From positions 928,001-992,000 of the forward strand of contig JBMNFL010000001.1 in NCBI GenBank assembly GCA_050949315.1: a DNA stretch of 64,000 nt. The letters are read 5' to 3'. Numbering within the stretch: position 1 is the stretch's first letter; each line of letters opens with the position of its first letter. Source of the stretch: Bacilli bacterium. GTDB lineage: Bacteria; Bacillota_I; Bacilli_A; RFN20; UBA1709. The notes under the pieces are model-generated. The model ran no database searches and was not told the origin of the DNA. It saw only the letters and a list, made by a program, of their open reading frames with translations. This document shows positions 51,932 to 61,629 of this stretch, in pieces. Both the position numbers and the translations under genes were made by a program.

Positions 51932-51949
51932 TAGGAGGATAAGATATTT

Positions 51950-52342
51950 ATGGCACAGAAGAAAACTACGACACGGAAACGCCGTGTTAAAAAGGTTGTT
52001 GTCAAGGGTGTTGCCCATATTCATTCATCCTTCAATAATACCATTGTTACCATTTCCGATGAGGGGGGTAACGCCATTTGTTGGGCTAGTGCTGGCGGGT
52101 TAGGTTTTAAGGGAAGTAAAAAGTCGACGCCCTTTGCGGCACAAATGGCGGCTGAAGCCGCGGCTAAAGTTGCCGTTGATGCGGGAATGAAGACCATTGA
52201 TGTCAATGTCAAAGGTCCAGGTCCTGGTCGGGAAGCGGCCGTTAGAGCCTTGCAGACAGCGGGTTTACAAATTCAGACGATTGTTGATGTAACACCGATT
52301 CCTCACAACGGTTGCCGTCCGCCCAAACGGCCAAGAGGTTAA
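51950..52342 (+). CDS. rpsK: 30S ribosomal protein S11
   Basis: SFNNTIVT and [14 protein letters not shown] motifs. Confidence 0.98.
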   Translation: MAQKKTTTRKRRVKKVVVKGVAHIHSSFNNTIVTISDEGGNAICWASAGGLGFKGSKKSTPFAAQMAAEAAAKVAVDAGMKTIDVNVKGPGPGREAAVRALQTAGLQIQTIVDVTPIPHNGCRPPKRPRG

Positions 52343-52390
52343 TTTTTAGTTAATTAGCTAGAAAAAAAGAAAAACAAGGAGGCCAACAAA

Positions 52391-53344
52391 ATGAAAAGAT
52401 TTGAAAAACCCAATTATACCATTACTAATTTATCGGAAGCGACTAATTATGGTAGATTTGTTATCGAGCCATTAGAGCGGGGTTTTGGGACAACTTTAGG
52501 AAATGCTTTAAGAAGAGTCTTGCTTTCCTCACTACCAGGAGCTGCGATTTTCTCAGTGGAGATTGAAAAAGTTCGCCATGAATTCTCGGCTATCGATGGT
52601 ATTGAAGAAGATGTCACCGCCATTGTCTTGAATTTAAAAGATTTGGTTCTTACCATTGATGATGAGGCGGGTGTTACTAAAAAGCTAACAATTGAGGTTG
52701 AAGGACCGCATAAAGTTACGGGTGCCGATGTTGCTTGCCCGGCTGGTGTTGAGGTTGTTAATAAAGATCTCCACATCTGTAACGTGACAGAAGGCGTGCG
52801 TTTTGCGGCGGTCTTAAGTGCGCGTAATGGACGTGGTTATGTCACGGCCGAAAACAACAAAACTCAGGGGTTTAGTGTAGGAATTATTCCTACTGATAGT
52901 ATGTACACCCCAGTCACTAAAGTGGCCTATGAAATTGAACCCACCCGGGTTGGTCATGATGCCAGTTATGAAAGATTAATTATCGAAGTTTGGACCAATG
53001 GCGGTGTAGCTCCGCAAGAAGCGATGGCGATTGCTGCTCGCATCTTAATTGCTCATCTTGATCCAATTGTCGATTTGGCAAGTCAAGCACGCATGCTTGA
53101 GGTCTTGCAAGAACCGGTTTATGAAGAGGAAAATCTCTATCAAAATAAGACGATTGAAGAACTCGAATTATCGGTTCGTTCACTGAATTGCTTGAAGCGG
53201 GCGAAGATTACGACGGTTGAAGAGTTAACTCAAAAGACCGAAGAAGAAATGATGAAAATCCGTAACCTTGGGAAGAAGTCTTTAAAAGAGGTCAAGGATG
53301 TTCTCCAAAGTTTAGGCTTAAGCTTCAAGAGTTATGATGAATAG
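52391..53344 (+). CDS. rpoA: RNA polymerase alpha subunit
   Basis: [25 protein letters not shown] and [12 protein letters not shown] motifs. Confidence 0.98.
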   Translation: MKRFEKPNYTITNLSEATNYGRFVIEPLERGFGTTLGNALRRVLLSSLPGAAIFSVEIEKVRHEFSAIDGIEEDVTAIVLNLKDLVLTIDDEAGVTKKLTIEVEGPHKVTGADVACPAGVEVVNKDLHICNVTEGVRFAAVLSARNGRGYVTAENNKTQGFSVGIIPTDSMYTPVTKVAYEIEPTRVGHDASYERLIIEVWTNGGVAPQEAMAIAARILIAHLDPIVDLASQARMLEVLQEPVYEEENLYQNKTIEELELSVRSLNCLKRAKITTVEELTQKTEEEMMKIRNLGKKSLKEVKDVLQSLGLSFKSYDE

Positions 53345-53355
53345 GAGGAGAAAAG

Positions 53356-53751
53356 ATGGCACGAAGGAATATGCATGGTAAAGTCGGTGTTAAATTTAAA
53401 GCCGGATTTACCGCCAGCAAACAAAAGAACATGATGCGTAATTTGACCTCAGAACTCATTAAATATGGGCGCGTTGAAGTTACGGAAAAAGTCGCGGCCG
53501 ATTTAAAGGTTTCGGCGGATAAAATGGTAACCTTAGCCAAAAAAGGCGATCTCAATTCCCGTCGTCTTGCTGCTCGTTATGTTCGTGATATCTATGTAGA
53601 TAAAGAAGAAAAAACCACGGCTTTACAGAAACTGTTTAATGAGATTGGTCCTCGTTACGCCGAGCGTCAAGGCGGTTATACGCGGGCGATAAAACTCGTT
53701 AATCGTCGTGGTGATAATTCACCAATGTGTCTTGTTGAATTTGTCGAATAA
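53356..53751 (+). CDS. rplQ: 50S ribosomal protein L17 with divergent N-terminus
   Basis: RQGGYTR and RRGDNSPM motifs; follows rpoA. Confidence 0.95.
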   Translation: MARRNMHGKVGVKFKAGFTASKQKNMMRNLTSELIKYGRVEVTEKVAADLKVSADKMVTLAKKGDLNSRRLAARYVRDIYVDKEEKTTALQKLFNEIGPRYAERQGGYTRAIKLVNRRGDNSPMCLVEFVE

Positions 53752-53760
53752 AAAAAATAG

Positions 53761-53790
53761 CTAGGGGCAGGAACTATCCTGCCTTTGGCA
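53761..53790 (+). terminator. Putative terminator or processing hairpin after rplQ
   Basis: GGCAGGA/TCCTGCC hairpin with only a short T tail. Confidence 0.45.
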
Positions 53791-53809
53791 CTATCTAGGA
53801 AATTTGAAA

Positions 53810-54625
53810 ATGGAAAACGCAATTGAAATCCGGAACTTGACTTTTGCTTATCAAGCAGGTATCAAGGTAATCAAAAACATTTCATTTAATATCAAGACAG
53901 GCTCCTATACTGTCATTTTAGGCCATAATGGTTCTGGTAAGTCAACTATTGCTAGACTCATTCTTGGTCTTTTAATGGCGGATACTGGGAGTATTTTTAT
54001 CAATGGTGTCGAACTCAATCAAAAGAATGTTTATGATATTCGTAAACAAATTGGTATTGTTTTCCAAAATCCTGACAATCAGTTTATTGGCTCCACCGTT
54101 GCTGATGATATTGCCTTTGGCTTAGAAAATCGTTGTGTTGAACATGAGAAAATGCAGGCCATCATTGATGATTTTGCCGCTAAGGTTGGTATGCAAGAGT
54201 TTCTTGATAAAGAACCCTCCAATCTTTCGGGTGGTCAAAAACAAAGAGTAGCTATTGCGGGTATTTTAGCGATGGCCCCAAAGATTTTGATTTTTGATGA
54301 AGCCACTAGTATGCTAGACCCGAAGGGAAAAAGAGAAATTAAAGAACTCATTAAGAAAACCAAAGAAATCTATCCAGATATTACGGTTGTTTCAATAACA
54401 CACGATATTGATGAAGCTTATTTAGCCGATGAAGTTATTGTCTTGAACCAAGGCGAGATTTTCGCTCAGGGAAGTCCAGCCGAAATTTTTAAGGAAGAAC
54501 AAAATCTTGAGGCCATTGGTCTTGATTTCCCTTTTATATATAAACTTACTACAGCTTTAAAAGCGCAGGGTCTTGATTATAGTGGTGCGACAATTGAAGA
54601 GTTGGTGATGAAAATATGCCAATAG
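53810..54625 (+). CDS. ecfA1: ECF transporter ATPase A1
   Basis: GHNGSGKST, FQNPDNQF and LSGGQKQR motifs. Confidence 0.95.
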   Translation: MENAIEIRNLTFAYQAGIKVIKNISFNIKTGSYTVILGHNGSGKSTIARLILGLLMADTGSIFINGVELNQKNVYDIRKQIGIVFQNPDNQFIGSTVADDIAFGLENRCVEHEKMQAIIDDFAAKVGMQEFLDKEPSNLSGGQKQRVAIAGILAMAPKILIFDEATSMLDPKGKREIKELIKKTKEIYPDITVVSITHDIDEAYLADEVIVLNQGEIFAQGSPAEIFKEEQNLEAIGLDFPFIYKLTTALKAQGLDYSGATIEELVMKICQ

Positions 54626-55476
54626 AATTTAAAAATGTCAGCCATACCTATTACCCTGGGACACCTTTTGAGTATCAAGCCTTAAGAGGCATTGATCTGG
54701 TTATCAAAGATCAGTCTTTTACTGCTATCGTTGGTCATACAGGTAGTGGCAAGTCCACACTTGTTCAACACATCAATGCGCTTTTAAAACCCGATAGTGG
54801 GGAAGTACGAGTCAATGATTATGTAATTAATCACAAATCCAAGATTAAAAACATCAAAAGTTTAAGAAAACTGGCGGGAATGGTTTTTCAATTTCCAGAA
54901 TACCAACTCTTTGAAGAGACGATTTTTAAAGATATAGCTTTTGGACCCAAGAATTTTGGTCTTGAAGGCAAGGAATTAGAAGAGCGCGTTTTAAAAGCTA
55001 TAAAACTAGTGGGTTTAGATGAGACTTATCTAGAAAAGTCACCCTTTGATATCAGTGGTGGTCAAAAACGCAGGGTAGCCATTGCCGGTATTTTAGCGAT
55101 GGAGCCAGAAATTTTAATCTTAGATGAGCCAACCGCAGGACTAGATCCGCAAGGCGCTAAAGAGATGATGAATCTCTTTGCGGAAATTCATAGACAAGGT
55201 AAAACCATTATCATGATAAGTCATGAAATGGATTATGTTTTAGAATACTGTGATGAGGTTGTTGTCCTTAAAAAGGGTCTAGTTGCCGCTCAAGATAAAC
55301 CAATTAATATCTTTAGCAAGGCTGAACTTTTAAAAGGACTTCATATTACACCCCCAGCTATAATTGATTTTGCTAATCGCCTTATTGCTAATAAATTACC
55401 CATTGATATTAAAAAAGTTTTTGACATTGAATCTTTAATTAGCGAGATTGTAAGAGTTAAGGGGGGAAACAAATGA
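54616..55476 (+). CDS. ecfA2: ECF transporter ATPase A2
   Basis: GHTGSGKST, FQFPEYQLFEET and DEPTAGLDP motifs. Confidence 0.95.
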   Translation: MPIEFKNVSHTYYPGTPFEYQALRGIDLVIKDQSFTAIVGHTGSGKSTLVQHINALLKPDSGEVRVNDYVINHKSKIKNIKSLRKLAGMVFQFPEYQLFEETIFKDIAFGPKNFGLEGKELEERVLKAIKLVGLDETYLEKSPFDISGGQKRRVAIAGILAMEPEILILDEPTAGLDPQGAKEMMNLFAEIHRQGKTIIMISHEMDYVLEYCDEVVVLKKGLVAAQDKPINIFSKAELLKGLHITPPAIIDFANRLIANKLPIDIKKVFDIESLISEIVRVKGGNK

Positions 55477-56303
55477 ATATAGCTTTAGGTCGTTATATCC
55501 CCTATGACAGTATTATTCATCGTTTAGATCCTCGTACTAAATTGTTGGCCTTGATCGCTTTATTAGTGGCCATCTTCTTTAAACTTTCATTTTGGGAGTA
55601 TGCTTTTTTAATTGTTGTCTGTTTGGCTCTTATCCTTATCTCTAAAGTTAAATTTCGCTCAATTCTTCAAGCCTTTAAACCGATGTGGTTAATGATGTTG
55701 TTTTTGCTAATTATCAATGTTCTTGTTATTAAAAGAGGCGATGCTCTTTTCACAATCGCTTCCTTTACCTGCTATTCAGGTGCCATTTTTCAAACCTTAC
55801 AAATTATTATTCGTTTAGCGTTGATGATTAGTTTAACAACCATCTTAACTTCAACCACTAAACCTTTAGATTTAACTTATGCGATCGAATGGTTTTTAAG
55901 CCCCTTAAGAGTTTTACGTTTTCCAACCCATGAGATTGCGATGACTATTTCTTTAGCTCTGCGTTTTATTCCTACTCTTTTTGAAGAGACCCAGAAACTA
56001 ATAAAAGCTCAGGCAAGTCGTGGTGTTGATTTACAAAGTGGCAAGCTCAAAGAAAAAATCGGTGGTCTTGTCTCCTTAATTGTGCCTCTTTTTGTCTCGG
56101 CTTTTCAAAAATCAGAAGAATTAGCCGATGCGATGGAAGCGCGTGGTTATAATCCAGGAGCCAAAAGAACCCGTTACCGGAAACTAGATTTTGCCATTAG
56201 GGACTTAGTTGGGCTTCTTGTCTGTGCTTTAATTGTCTTTTTGAGTATTTATTCCAGTTATCATCCCGAGATTGTGAGGACTTTAGAAATATGGAAGAAC
56301 TAA
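55473..56303 (+). CDS. ecfT: ECF transporter transmembrane component T
   Basis: LDPRTK, ALRFIP, AQASRG and AMEARGY motifs. Confidence 0.95.
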   Translation: MNIALGRYIPYDSIIHRLDPRTKLLALIALLVAIFFKLSFWEYAFLIVVCLALILISKVKFRSILQAFKPMWLMMLFLLIINVLVIKRGDALFTIASFTCYSGAIFQTLQIIIRLALMISLTTILTSTTKPLDLTYAIEWFLSPLRVLRFPTHEIAMTISLALRFIPTLFEETQKLIKAQASRGVDLQSGKLKEKIGGLVSLIVPLFVSAFQKSEELADAMEARGYNPGAKRTRYRKLDFAIRDLVGLLVCALIVFLSIYSSYHPEIVRTLEIWKN

Positions 56304-57034
56304 GAAAAGTTAAATGTGTCATTAGTTATGACGGTTCTTCTTTTAATGGTTTTCAAAGTCAAAAAGATGTCCGTAACATTCAAGATGAAATTGAATTAGC
56401 CTTGACAACAATACACAAAGAGGAACAGCGTCTTGTCGCTTCTGGAAGGACTGACCGTGGGGTCCATGCCTATGGACAGGTTATTAGCTTTGTCACAAAA
56501 CTCAATTTAAGCGAAAAACAATGGTGTCGGGCTTTAAATTCACTTTTACCAAGTGACATTCATGTCTTAAAAGTTGAATTTGTGGCTACTGATTTTCATG
56601 CTCGTTTGAGTGCGAAGGCGAAAACTTATTGTTACTATTTAAACATGAAAGAATACAACCCTCTTGAACGTAACTATGTTTATCAATATAACAAGCATCT
56701 TTATTTGGAACCGATGATTAAAGCGGCTCAGTTATTCGTTGGTAAGCATGATTTTCGTAACTTCTGCTCCAATTCAGCAAGTGAAGTTATCAGTTTTGAA
56801 CGCTTCATCTATTCTTTCACCATCAGTGAGGTTGATGGACTCTTACTTTTTAGAGTTAAGGGCTCAGGCTTTTTACGTTATATGGTGCGCATGCTAGTTG
56901 GGACTTTGATTGCTATTGGGGCAAAGAAAGAAAAAGAGAAGTATATTTTAGAACGCTTAGATAAGCAAGAAAATATGGTCACTATTTACAACGCCCCAAG
57001 CATGGGACTTTATTTAGAAGAAGTAGAATACTAG
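56291..57034 (+). CDS. truA: tRNA pseudouridine(38-40) synthase
   Basis: SYDGSSFNGFQ, SGRTDRGVHA and GFLRYMVR motifs. Confidence 0.96.
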   Translation: MEELRKVKCVISYDGSSFNGFQSQKDVRNIQDEIELALTTIHKEEQRLVASGRTDRGVHAYGQVISFVTKLNLSEKQWCRALNSLLPSDIHVLKVEFVATDFHARLSAKAKTYCYYLNMKEYNPLERNYVYQYNKHLYLEPMIKAAQLFVGKHDFRNFCSNSASEVISFERFIYSFTISEVDGLLLFRVKGSGFLRYMVRMLVGTLIAIGAKKEKEKYILERLDKQENMVTIYNAPSMGLYLEEVEY

Positions 57035-57049
57035 AGTCATCTAGTATTT

Positions 57050-58759
57050 TTATTTTATATGGAAAAGGTTGACTAAAAGCCAATTCCAAATCCGACTAAA
57101 GAAACTGGCAACCGCATTACTGGCTTCACAAATCCAGTTCCAGACTAGAGTAAAGAAGCCAACTTTTTCTTTGACATCTAAATTATTGCTTGGGTTTTCT
57201 CCATGATTGACATTATCGGCTAAAACATTAATTTTTAAATCAAGATTTTGAACACTGCCGTCTTGATATTCAATATTGGCCACCAGTTTATAACTTCCTG
57301 CTTCTTTTTCGTGACCAGTGTATTCATCGTGGGTAAAGGAGCAATAGTAAAGTTTAGTCGTATCAATGGCTTTGGATCGACAAAGATATTGGATGATCTC
57401 GTTATGAGTTAAGGTATTATAATTTTCAATGTTTAAAATAACTTCACTGATATAAAATACTGGTTTGGTATCATCAATAACCGTGATAGTGACTGTAAAA
57501 ATATTGGACTTATTACCGGCAGCATCACTTACTTGATAGGTAATGGTGTAATTACCTACTTTACTTTCTTTACCAGTATAGTTGTTGCTAACTTCAGTGA
57601 TTTTTGCACTCAAATCTCCATCGTAATTATCAGTAGCGATTAGACCGCTTCTAATAGTGGCGGAGGAAAGACTGGCTTTGGTGGACTTACTATAGGTTGA
57701 ACTACCGCTGATGGTTGGCTTAATATCATCTTTCACTTGGATGGTTAAGGTTAAAAGAGTATAGTTTCCCGAACTATCTGTCACTTTAAGTACGACATTA
57801 TAACTCCCGACAATTTCGCTATTAGAACTAAACCCATCACTGTTAATTACTATTTTATTAGTGATATCCCCATCGTAGTTATCAGTAGCGCTGATATTAT
57901 TAAGAATACTGTTTAAACTTAATGGTGCCGATAAATTAGAAGTAAAATTCGCACTGTTATAGACAAAGGTAGGGGCAGTTCGGTCAATAACACTGACATT
58001 AATAGTTAGGGAAGCCGTATTGCCGGCCGTGTCACTGACTTCAAAGACAATAGGCCAAAGGCCTAGGGTATGCATGTTGGCACTATAATCGTCACTTTTG
58101 ACGACAATCCGATCCGTTATATCGCCATCGACATCATCAACCGCCGTTAAGTGGGATTTGATAATAGAGACCGAAACGGGATTATTGACATCTGTGATAT
58201 AAACACCACTATAACCATCAATGACGGGGCTGTTATCGGACAAGGGGCCAACACTGATTTCGTAATGAGTAGCATCATCATTACTGTTAGGCAAAATTAA
58301 AGCTCGAACATTTGGGTTGCTTTGTACGGCCGAAATCGTTTTACCAATTGCCGTTTTGGTATCAGTGGGGAATGCATTAGGACCATGACCAAGAATGATA
58401 AACATCTCAGGCAGGCATTCATCCCCGTATTCAAAACAGGGTTCCTGTTCATAAGAATAGAGTAGATCTTCAGCAATAGCCCGCAAGCCATCAAGTTCGT
58501 CTTCGCTAGGATCGGCACTTAAAGTATAATTATTAGGACGATAGCTCCTAGTAGCCATTACATAACCTTGATCTTCCATGGCATGAAATTCACAAAAATA
58601 GAAATAAGCGGGCAATTCATAACTAGAGCCATTAATGGTTACGGCTTTACCACCATCGGCAAAGATAGGAACGACAGGATGATAGTTTAATAAAAGGCAA
58701 AGAATAAATACGAGAATTCCAATTGGAATCATCAACAAGAAAGTCTTGTTTTTGAGCAT
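57050..58759 (-). CDS. Surface protein with three DUF5011/HYR-like Ig repeats
   Basis: N-terminal hydrophobic signal; repeats TAVDDVDGDIT, SATDNYDGDIT and IATDNYDGDLS, each followed by (S/T)D.(A/S)GN; Trp-rich C-terminal helix. Confidence 0.8.
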   Translation of the reverse strand: MLKNKTFLLMIPIGILVFILCLLLNYHPVVPIFADGGKAVTINGSSYELPAYFYFCEFHAMEDQGYVMATRSYRPNNYTLSADPSEDELDGLRAIAEDLLYSYEQEPCFEYGDECLPEMFIILGHGPNAFPTDTKTAIGKTISAVQSNPNVRALILPNSNDDATHYEISVGPLSDNSPVIDGYSGVYITDVNNPVSVSIIKSHLTAVDDVDGDITDRIVVKSDDYSANMHTLGLWPIVFEVSDTAGNTASLTINVSVIDRTAPTFVYNSANFTSNLSAPLSLNSILNNISATDNYDGDITNKIVINSDGFSSNSEIVGSYNVVLKVTDSSGNYTLLTLTIQVKDDIKPTISGSSTYSKSTKASLSSATIRSGLIATDNYDGDLSAKITEVSNNYTGKESKVGNYTITYQVSDAAGNKSNIFTVTITVIDDTKPVFYISEVILNIENYNTLTHNEIIQYLCRSKAIDTTKLYYCSFTHDEYTGHEKEAGSYKLVANIEYQDGSVQNLDLKINVLADNVNHGENPSNNLDVKEKVGFFTLVWNWICEASNAVASFFSRIWNWLLVNLFHIK

Positions 58760-58826
58760 TTTAAGCCCTCCCTTCTATAAGCAACATAGTTAGGGAAAGC
58801 GATAATTCCTAAAAATAAAAAGCCTC

Positions 58827-59945
58827 TTAGAATTTAGAGGCGATTTTTAAAGCTTCATTAACGACTTCATCAATATTGAGATATTTATAAGTGGCCAGTC
58901 GTCCAAGCAGATAAAGATTGGGGTAATCTTTAGTTAAGGCAAGATAAGCTTGATAACGTTTTAAATTATCTTGATTAGATAAGGGATAATAAAGTTTATC
59001 ATCCTCGCTTGCAAGACGGGGGAATTCTTTGACTGTGACACTATAATTTTCACAAGGTTTTTCCATGGTTATTTTATTAAATTCACTTATGCGGGTAAAT
59101 TTATAGGCATTAGGATAGTTAATGGTGGCCGCCGCTAATTTACTACCAAAAGCATATTCTTTAAATTGAAAATCTACGGTGCGGTAGGCAAGACGACCAA
59201 AGCAATAGGAAAATAAATCATCAAGACTACCAGTGTAAAAAAGAGGCTCAGTTATCTTTTTTCCATTTAGTAAAATTATCCCATCTATCAATCTTAAATT
59301 GGGCTTGATGCCTAATTTTAGTTTAATGTTTGGGTGCTTTAACATTTTTTCAAAAAGGGCGGTATAGCCGTTTCTAGGCATCATTTGATAGCGATCATCA
59401 AAGTAGCGATCATCATAACCCATAATGATAGGAACACGTTTGGCAATACTGGGATCTAGTTCTTCTAAAGCAAGACCCCACTGCTTTTGGCTGTAGTTTT
59501 TAAATACACGTTCATGAATATATTTCCCTAATTTAACTAGACTAGCATCTGAATTTTTAAGAAGTTCACCTAGAGATATGCGAGAATTATCGGGATAAAT
59601 TTTCTTTAATTTTGTAATTAATTCTTTAGCATTGCTTTGGGTTTTTTCGATAGAGGAGAAGTTAAAGGGGATGGGAACAAGTTTAGCATCAACCCTTCCT
59701 TTGACACGATGTTCATAGAAAAACCATTCATCAAAATCAATGAGAAAATCCGCTACATTTTTTAAGTTGGTATGGAAAATATGCGGCCCATATTTTTGAA
59801 TTAAAAGACCGTTTTTTCTATAGTCATAAAGATTGCCAGCTAAGGTTTTTCTTTGTTCATAGATCTCGACTTTATAACCTTTATCGGCTAAGAGATGGGC
59901 TAGACTACAACCAGCCGGCCCAGCTCCGATAATGTAAACTTTCAT
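58827..59945 (-). CDS. glf: UDP-galactopyranose mutase
   Basis: GAGPAG, YGPHIFHT, KQWG, TRISEF, YYP and GRLATYKY motifs. Confidence 0.94.
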   Translation of the reverse strand: MKVYIIGAGPAGCSLAHLLADKGYKVEIYEQRKTLAGNLYDYRKNGLLIQKYGPHIFHTNLKNVADFLIDFDEWFFYEHRVKGRVDAKLVPIPFNFSSIEKTQSNAKELITKLKKIYPDNSRISLGELLKNSDASLVKLGKYIHERVFKNYSQKQWGLALEELDPSIAKRVPIIMGYDDRYFDDRYQMMPRNGYTALFEKMLKHPNIKLKLGIKPNLRLIDGIILLNGKKITEPLFYTGSLDDLFSYCFGRLAYRTVDFQFKEYAFGSKLAAATINYPNAYKFTRISEFNKITMEKPCENYSVTVKEFPRLASEDDKLYYPLSNQDNLKRYQAYLALTKDYPNLYLLGRLATYKYLNIDEVVNEALKIASKF

Positions 59946-61075
59946 AATTTTTTACCTTCCAAGAAATCGGCAAAATCAGTGGTTGCATTAGGCTTCCGTA
60001 GTTTTTGAATATTAGCTTTCAAGGCTGTAATTTTTTCAGGATGATCAAAAAGATCGGTCAACACTTCGGGGATTTCTTCTACCTTATCTATTTTAATAAT
60101 GGCTTTTTTCTCGCTTAGATAAAGTCCGTTATCATATTCCTGAAAGGGGGCTTGACCAACGCTTATTAAAGGCAGTTCTTTGTTAAAAGCTTCAGTGACA
60201 CCAACGCCTCCAAGTTTGCCAAGCATCAGATCACTAGCGCCCATAAGTTCGTCAATATTATTGCAGTAAGCTAGATTGAGAACCGAATTAATTTTCTTTT
60301 TTGCAAGATAGTTATCAATTTTTTGTTTCATTTTTTCATTACGTCCATTAACGACAATAATTTGTAAGGGTCTTTGAACGGTCAGTAAATTTTTGACGAT
60401 TAAGTCTATTCGGCCATAACCAGCGCCACCAGAAAGACAAAGGACAGTAAAAAGTTCAGGATTAAGGCCAAATTTTAAACGCAAAGCCTTTTTGTCACTT
60501 ATGGTTGAAAATTTAGTTTGTACGGGAATACCAATGTTTAAGAATTGCTTTTTATCATAACCCAGTTTTTCTAAAGTAGAGTGAAAGTCTGAACAGGGGG
60601 TTAAGATGTAATCATTATTGGTTGTTAATTCGGTGTAGAGATGAATAACATAATCGGAGACGAGATAAAAGCATTGACAGTTAATCCGTCCTTCTTTTTT
60701 CCATTTACTCATTAAAGCGGCGGGATAACTATGGGTTGAAAAGACAACATCAGGCTTAAAATCGGCTAAGGTTTTTTCTACCAATTTAATAGACTTAGGT
60801 GAATTAAACATAAAGTTATAAGCCGAAAGACGCGGTGGCTTTTTGTTAGTGTCCCGTCTTTTTAAGCGTTCATAAGTACGATGTGAAAAGCCAGGGCAAT
60901 TACTTAAAACCCAAAAATACCAATCGTTATTAAACCATTGGCGTAAGGGTGATACTCCTTTGTGATAATCAATCATCAAAGTAGTATGACCACGTTTATT
61001 TAATTCTTCAATCAGCGCTCGGCCGATGGCGTTGTGACCATCGCCAGCTGATACGGATATAACAAGGAAACGCAA
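59942..61075 (-). CDS. GT28 glycolipid synthase (MGDG synthase/UgtP-like)
   Basis: SAGDGHNAIG, STHSYPA, SDYVIH, IGIPV, GGAGYG and KLGGVGVTEA motifs; likely TTG start at 61075; 4-nt overlap with glf. Confidence 0.88.
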   Translation of the reverse strand: MRFLVISVSAGDGHNAIGRALIEELNKRGHTTLMIDYHKGVSPLRQWFNNDWYFWVLSNCPGFSHRTYERLKRRDTNKKPPRLSAYNFMFNSPKSIKLVEKTLADFKPDVVFSTHSYPAALMSKWKKEGRINCQCFYLVSDYVIHLYTELTTNNDYILTPCSDFHSTLEKLGYDKKQFLNIGIPVQTKFSTISDKKALRLKFGLNPELFTVLCLSGGAGYGRIDLIVKNLLTVQRPLQIIVVNGRNEKMKQKIDNYLAKKKINSVLNLAYCNNIDELMGASDLMLGKLGGVGVTEAFNKELPLISVGQAPFQEYDNGLYLSEKKAIIKIDKVEEIPEVLTDLFDHPEKITALKANIQKLRKPNATTDFADFLEGKKL

Positions 61076-61161
61076 ACTATCTCTCTCTTTTCGTAGACCC
61101 ATTATATCATACTTTAAAAAAAATATGACAAGAAGCTTTTGGTGGGTTATAATAAACAAAC

Positions 61162-61252
61162 GGAGAAGTACCCAAGTGGTTGAAGGGGATGGTCTCGAAA
61201 ACCGTTAGGGGTCGCAAGGCCCGCAAGAGTTCGAATCTCTTCTTCTCCGCCA
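61162..61252 (+). tRNA. tRNA-Ser(CGA)
   Basis: Anticodon arm ATGGT-CT-CGA-AA-ACCGT; long variable arm; G discriminator plus CCA. Confidence 0.95.
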
Positions 61253-61264
61253 GATGAGAAAAAT

Positions 61265-61296
61265 AGGTATGATAAACAAAATCACACCTTTTTTTA
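61265..61296 (+). terminator. Putative terminator after tRNA-Ser
   Basis: AGGTATGAT/ATCACACCT imperfect hairpin followed by a T run. Confidence 0.5.
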
Positions 61297-61629
61297 CAAT
61301 GTTAGAAATGGTTTAAATTGTAATAGTAAACACCACAAATCATTAAAGTTGTGACTTACGAGAAGATTGTTATGGACTATAAAAAAGAATCATTGATGGC
61401 TTGTTGAATTTAAAGTTTAAGTCCTTTGATGCAATATTAATAGTGAACTTAGAATTGATAATGGTATTTAGTTGTATCTCTAGGTTGTCTAAAATCCTAA
61501 TCAAGTTGTAGTAGAATATTTCTCAAAGTATAACATGTGCCTTAGTAATTAAGGGATTAGTGCTTACAAAAAAGCAAAAGCGATAGCATATCCATAAGAA
61601 TATGCTATAATATCGCTTGAGGTGATTAA

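Noticed and set aside
17445-53555. Many short antisense or alternate-frame ORFs inside ribosomal protein and RNA polymerase genes
   Set aside because: Expected by-products of codon bias; no RBS or recognisable motifs
61076-61159. N-terminal extension of the GT28 ORF given in the track
   Set aside because: It overlaps the divergent promoters (TATAAT on both strands); family similarity begins at LRFLVIS (TTG 61075)
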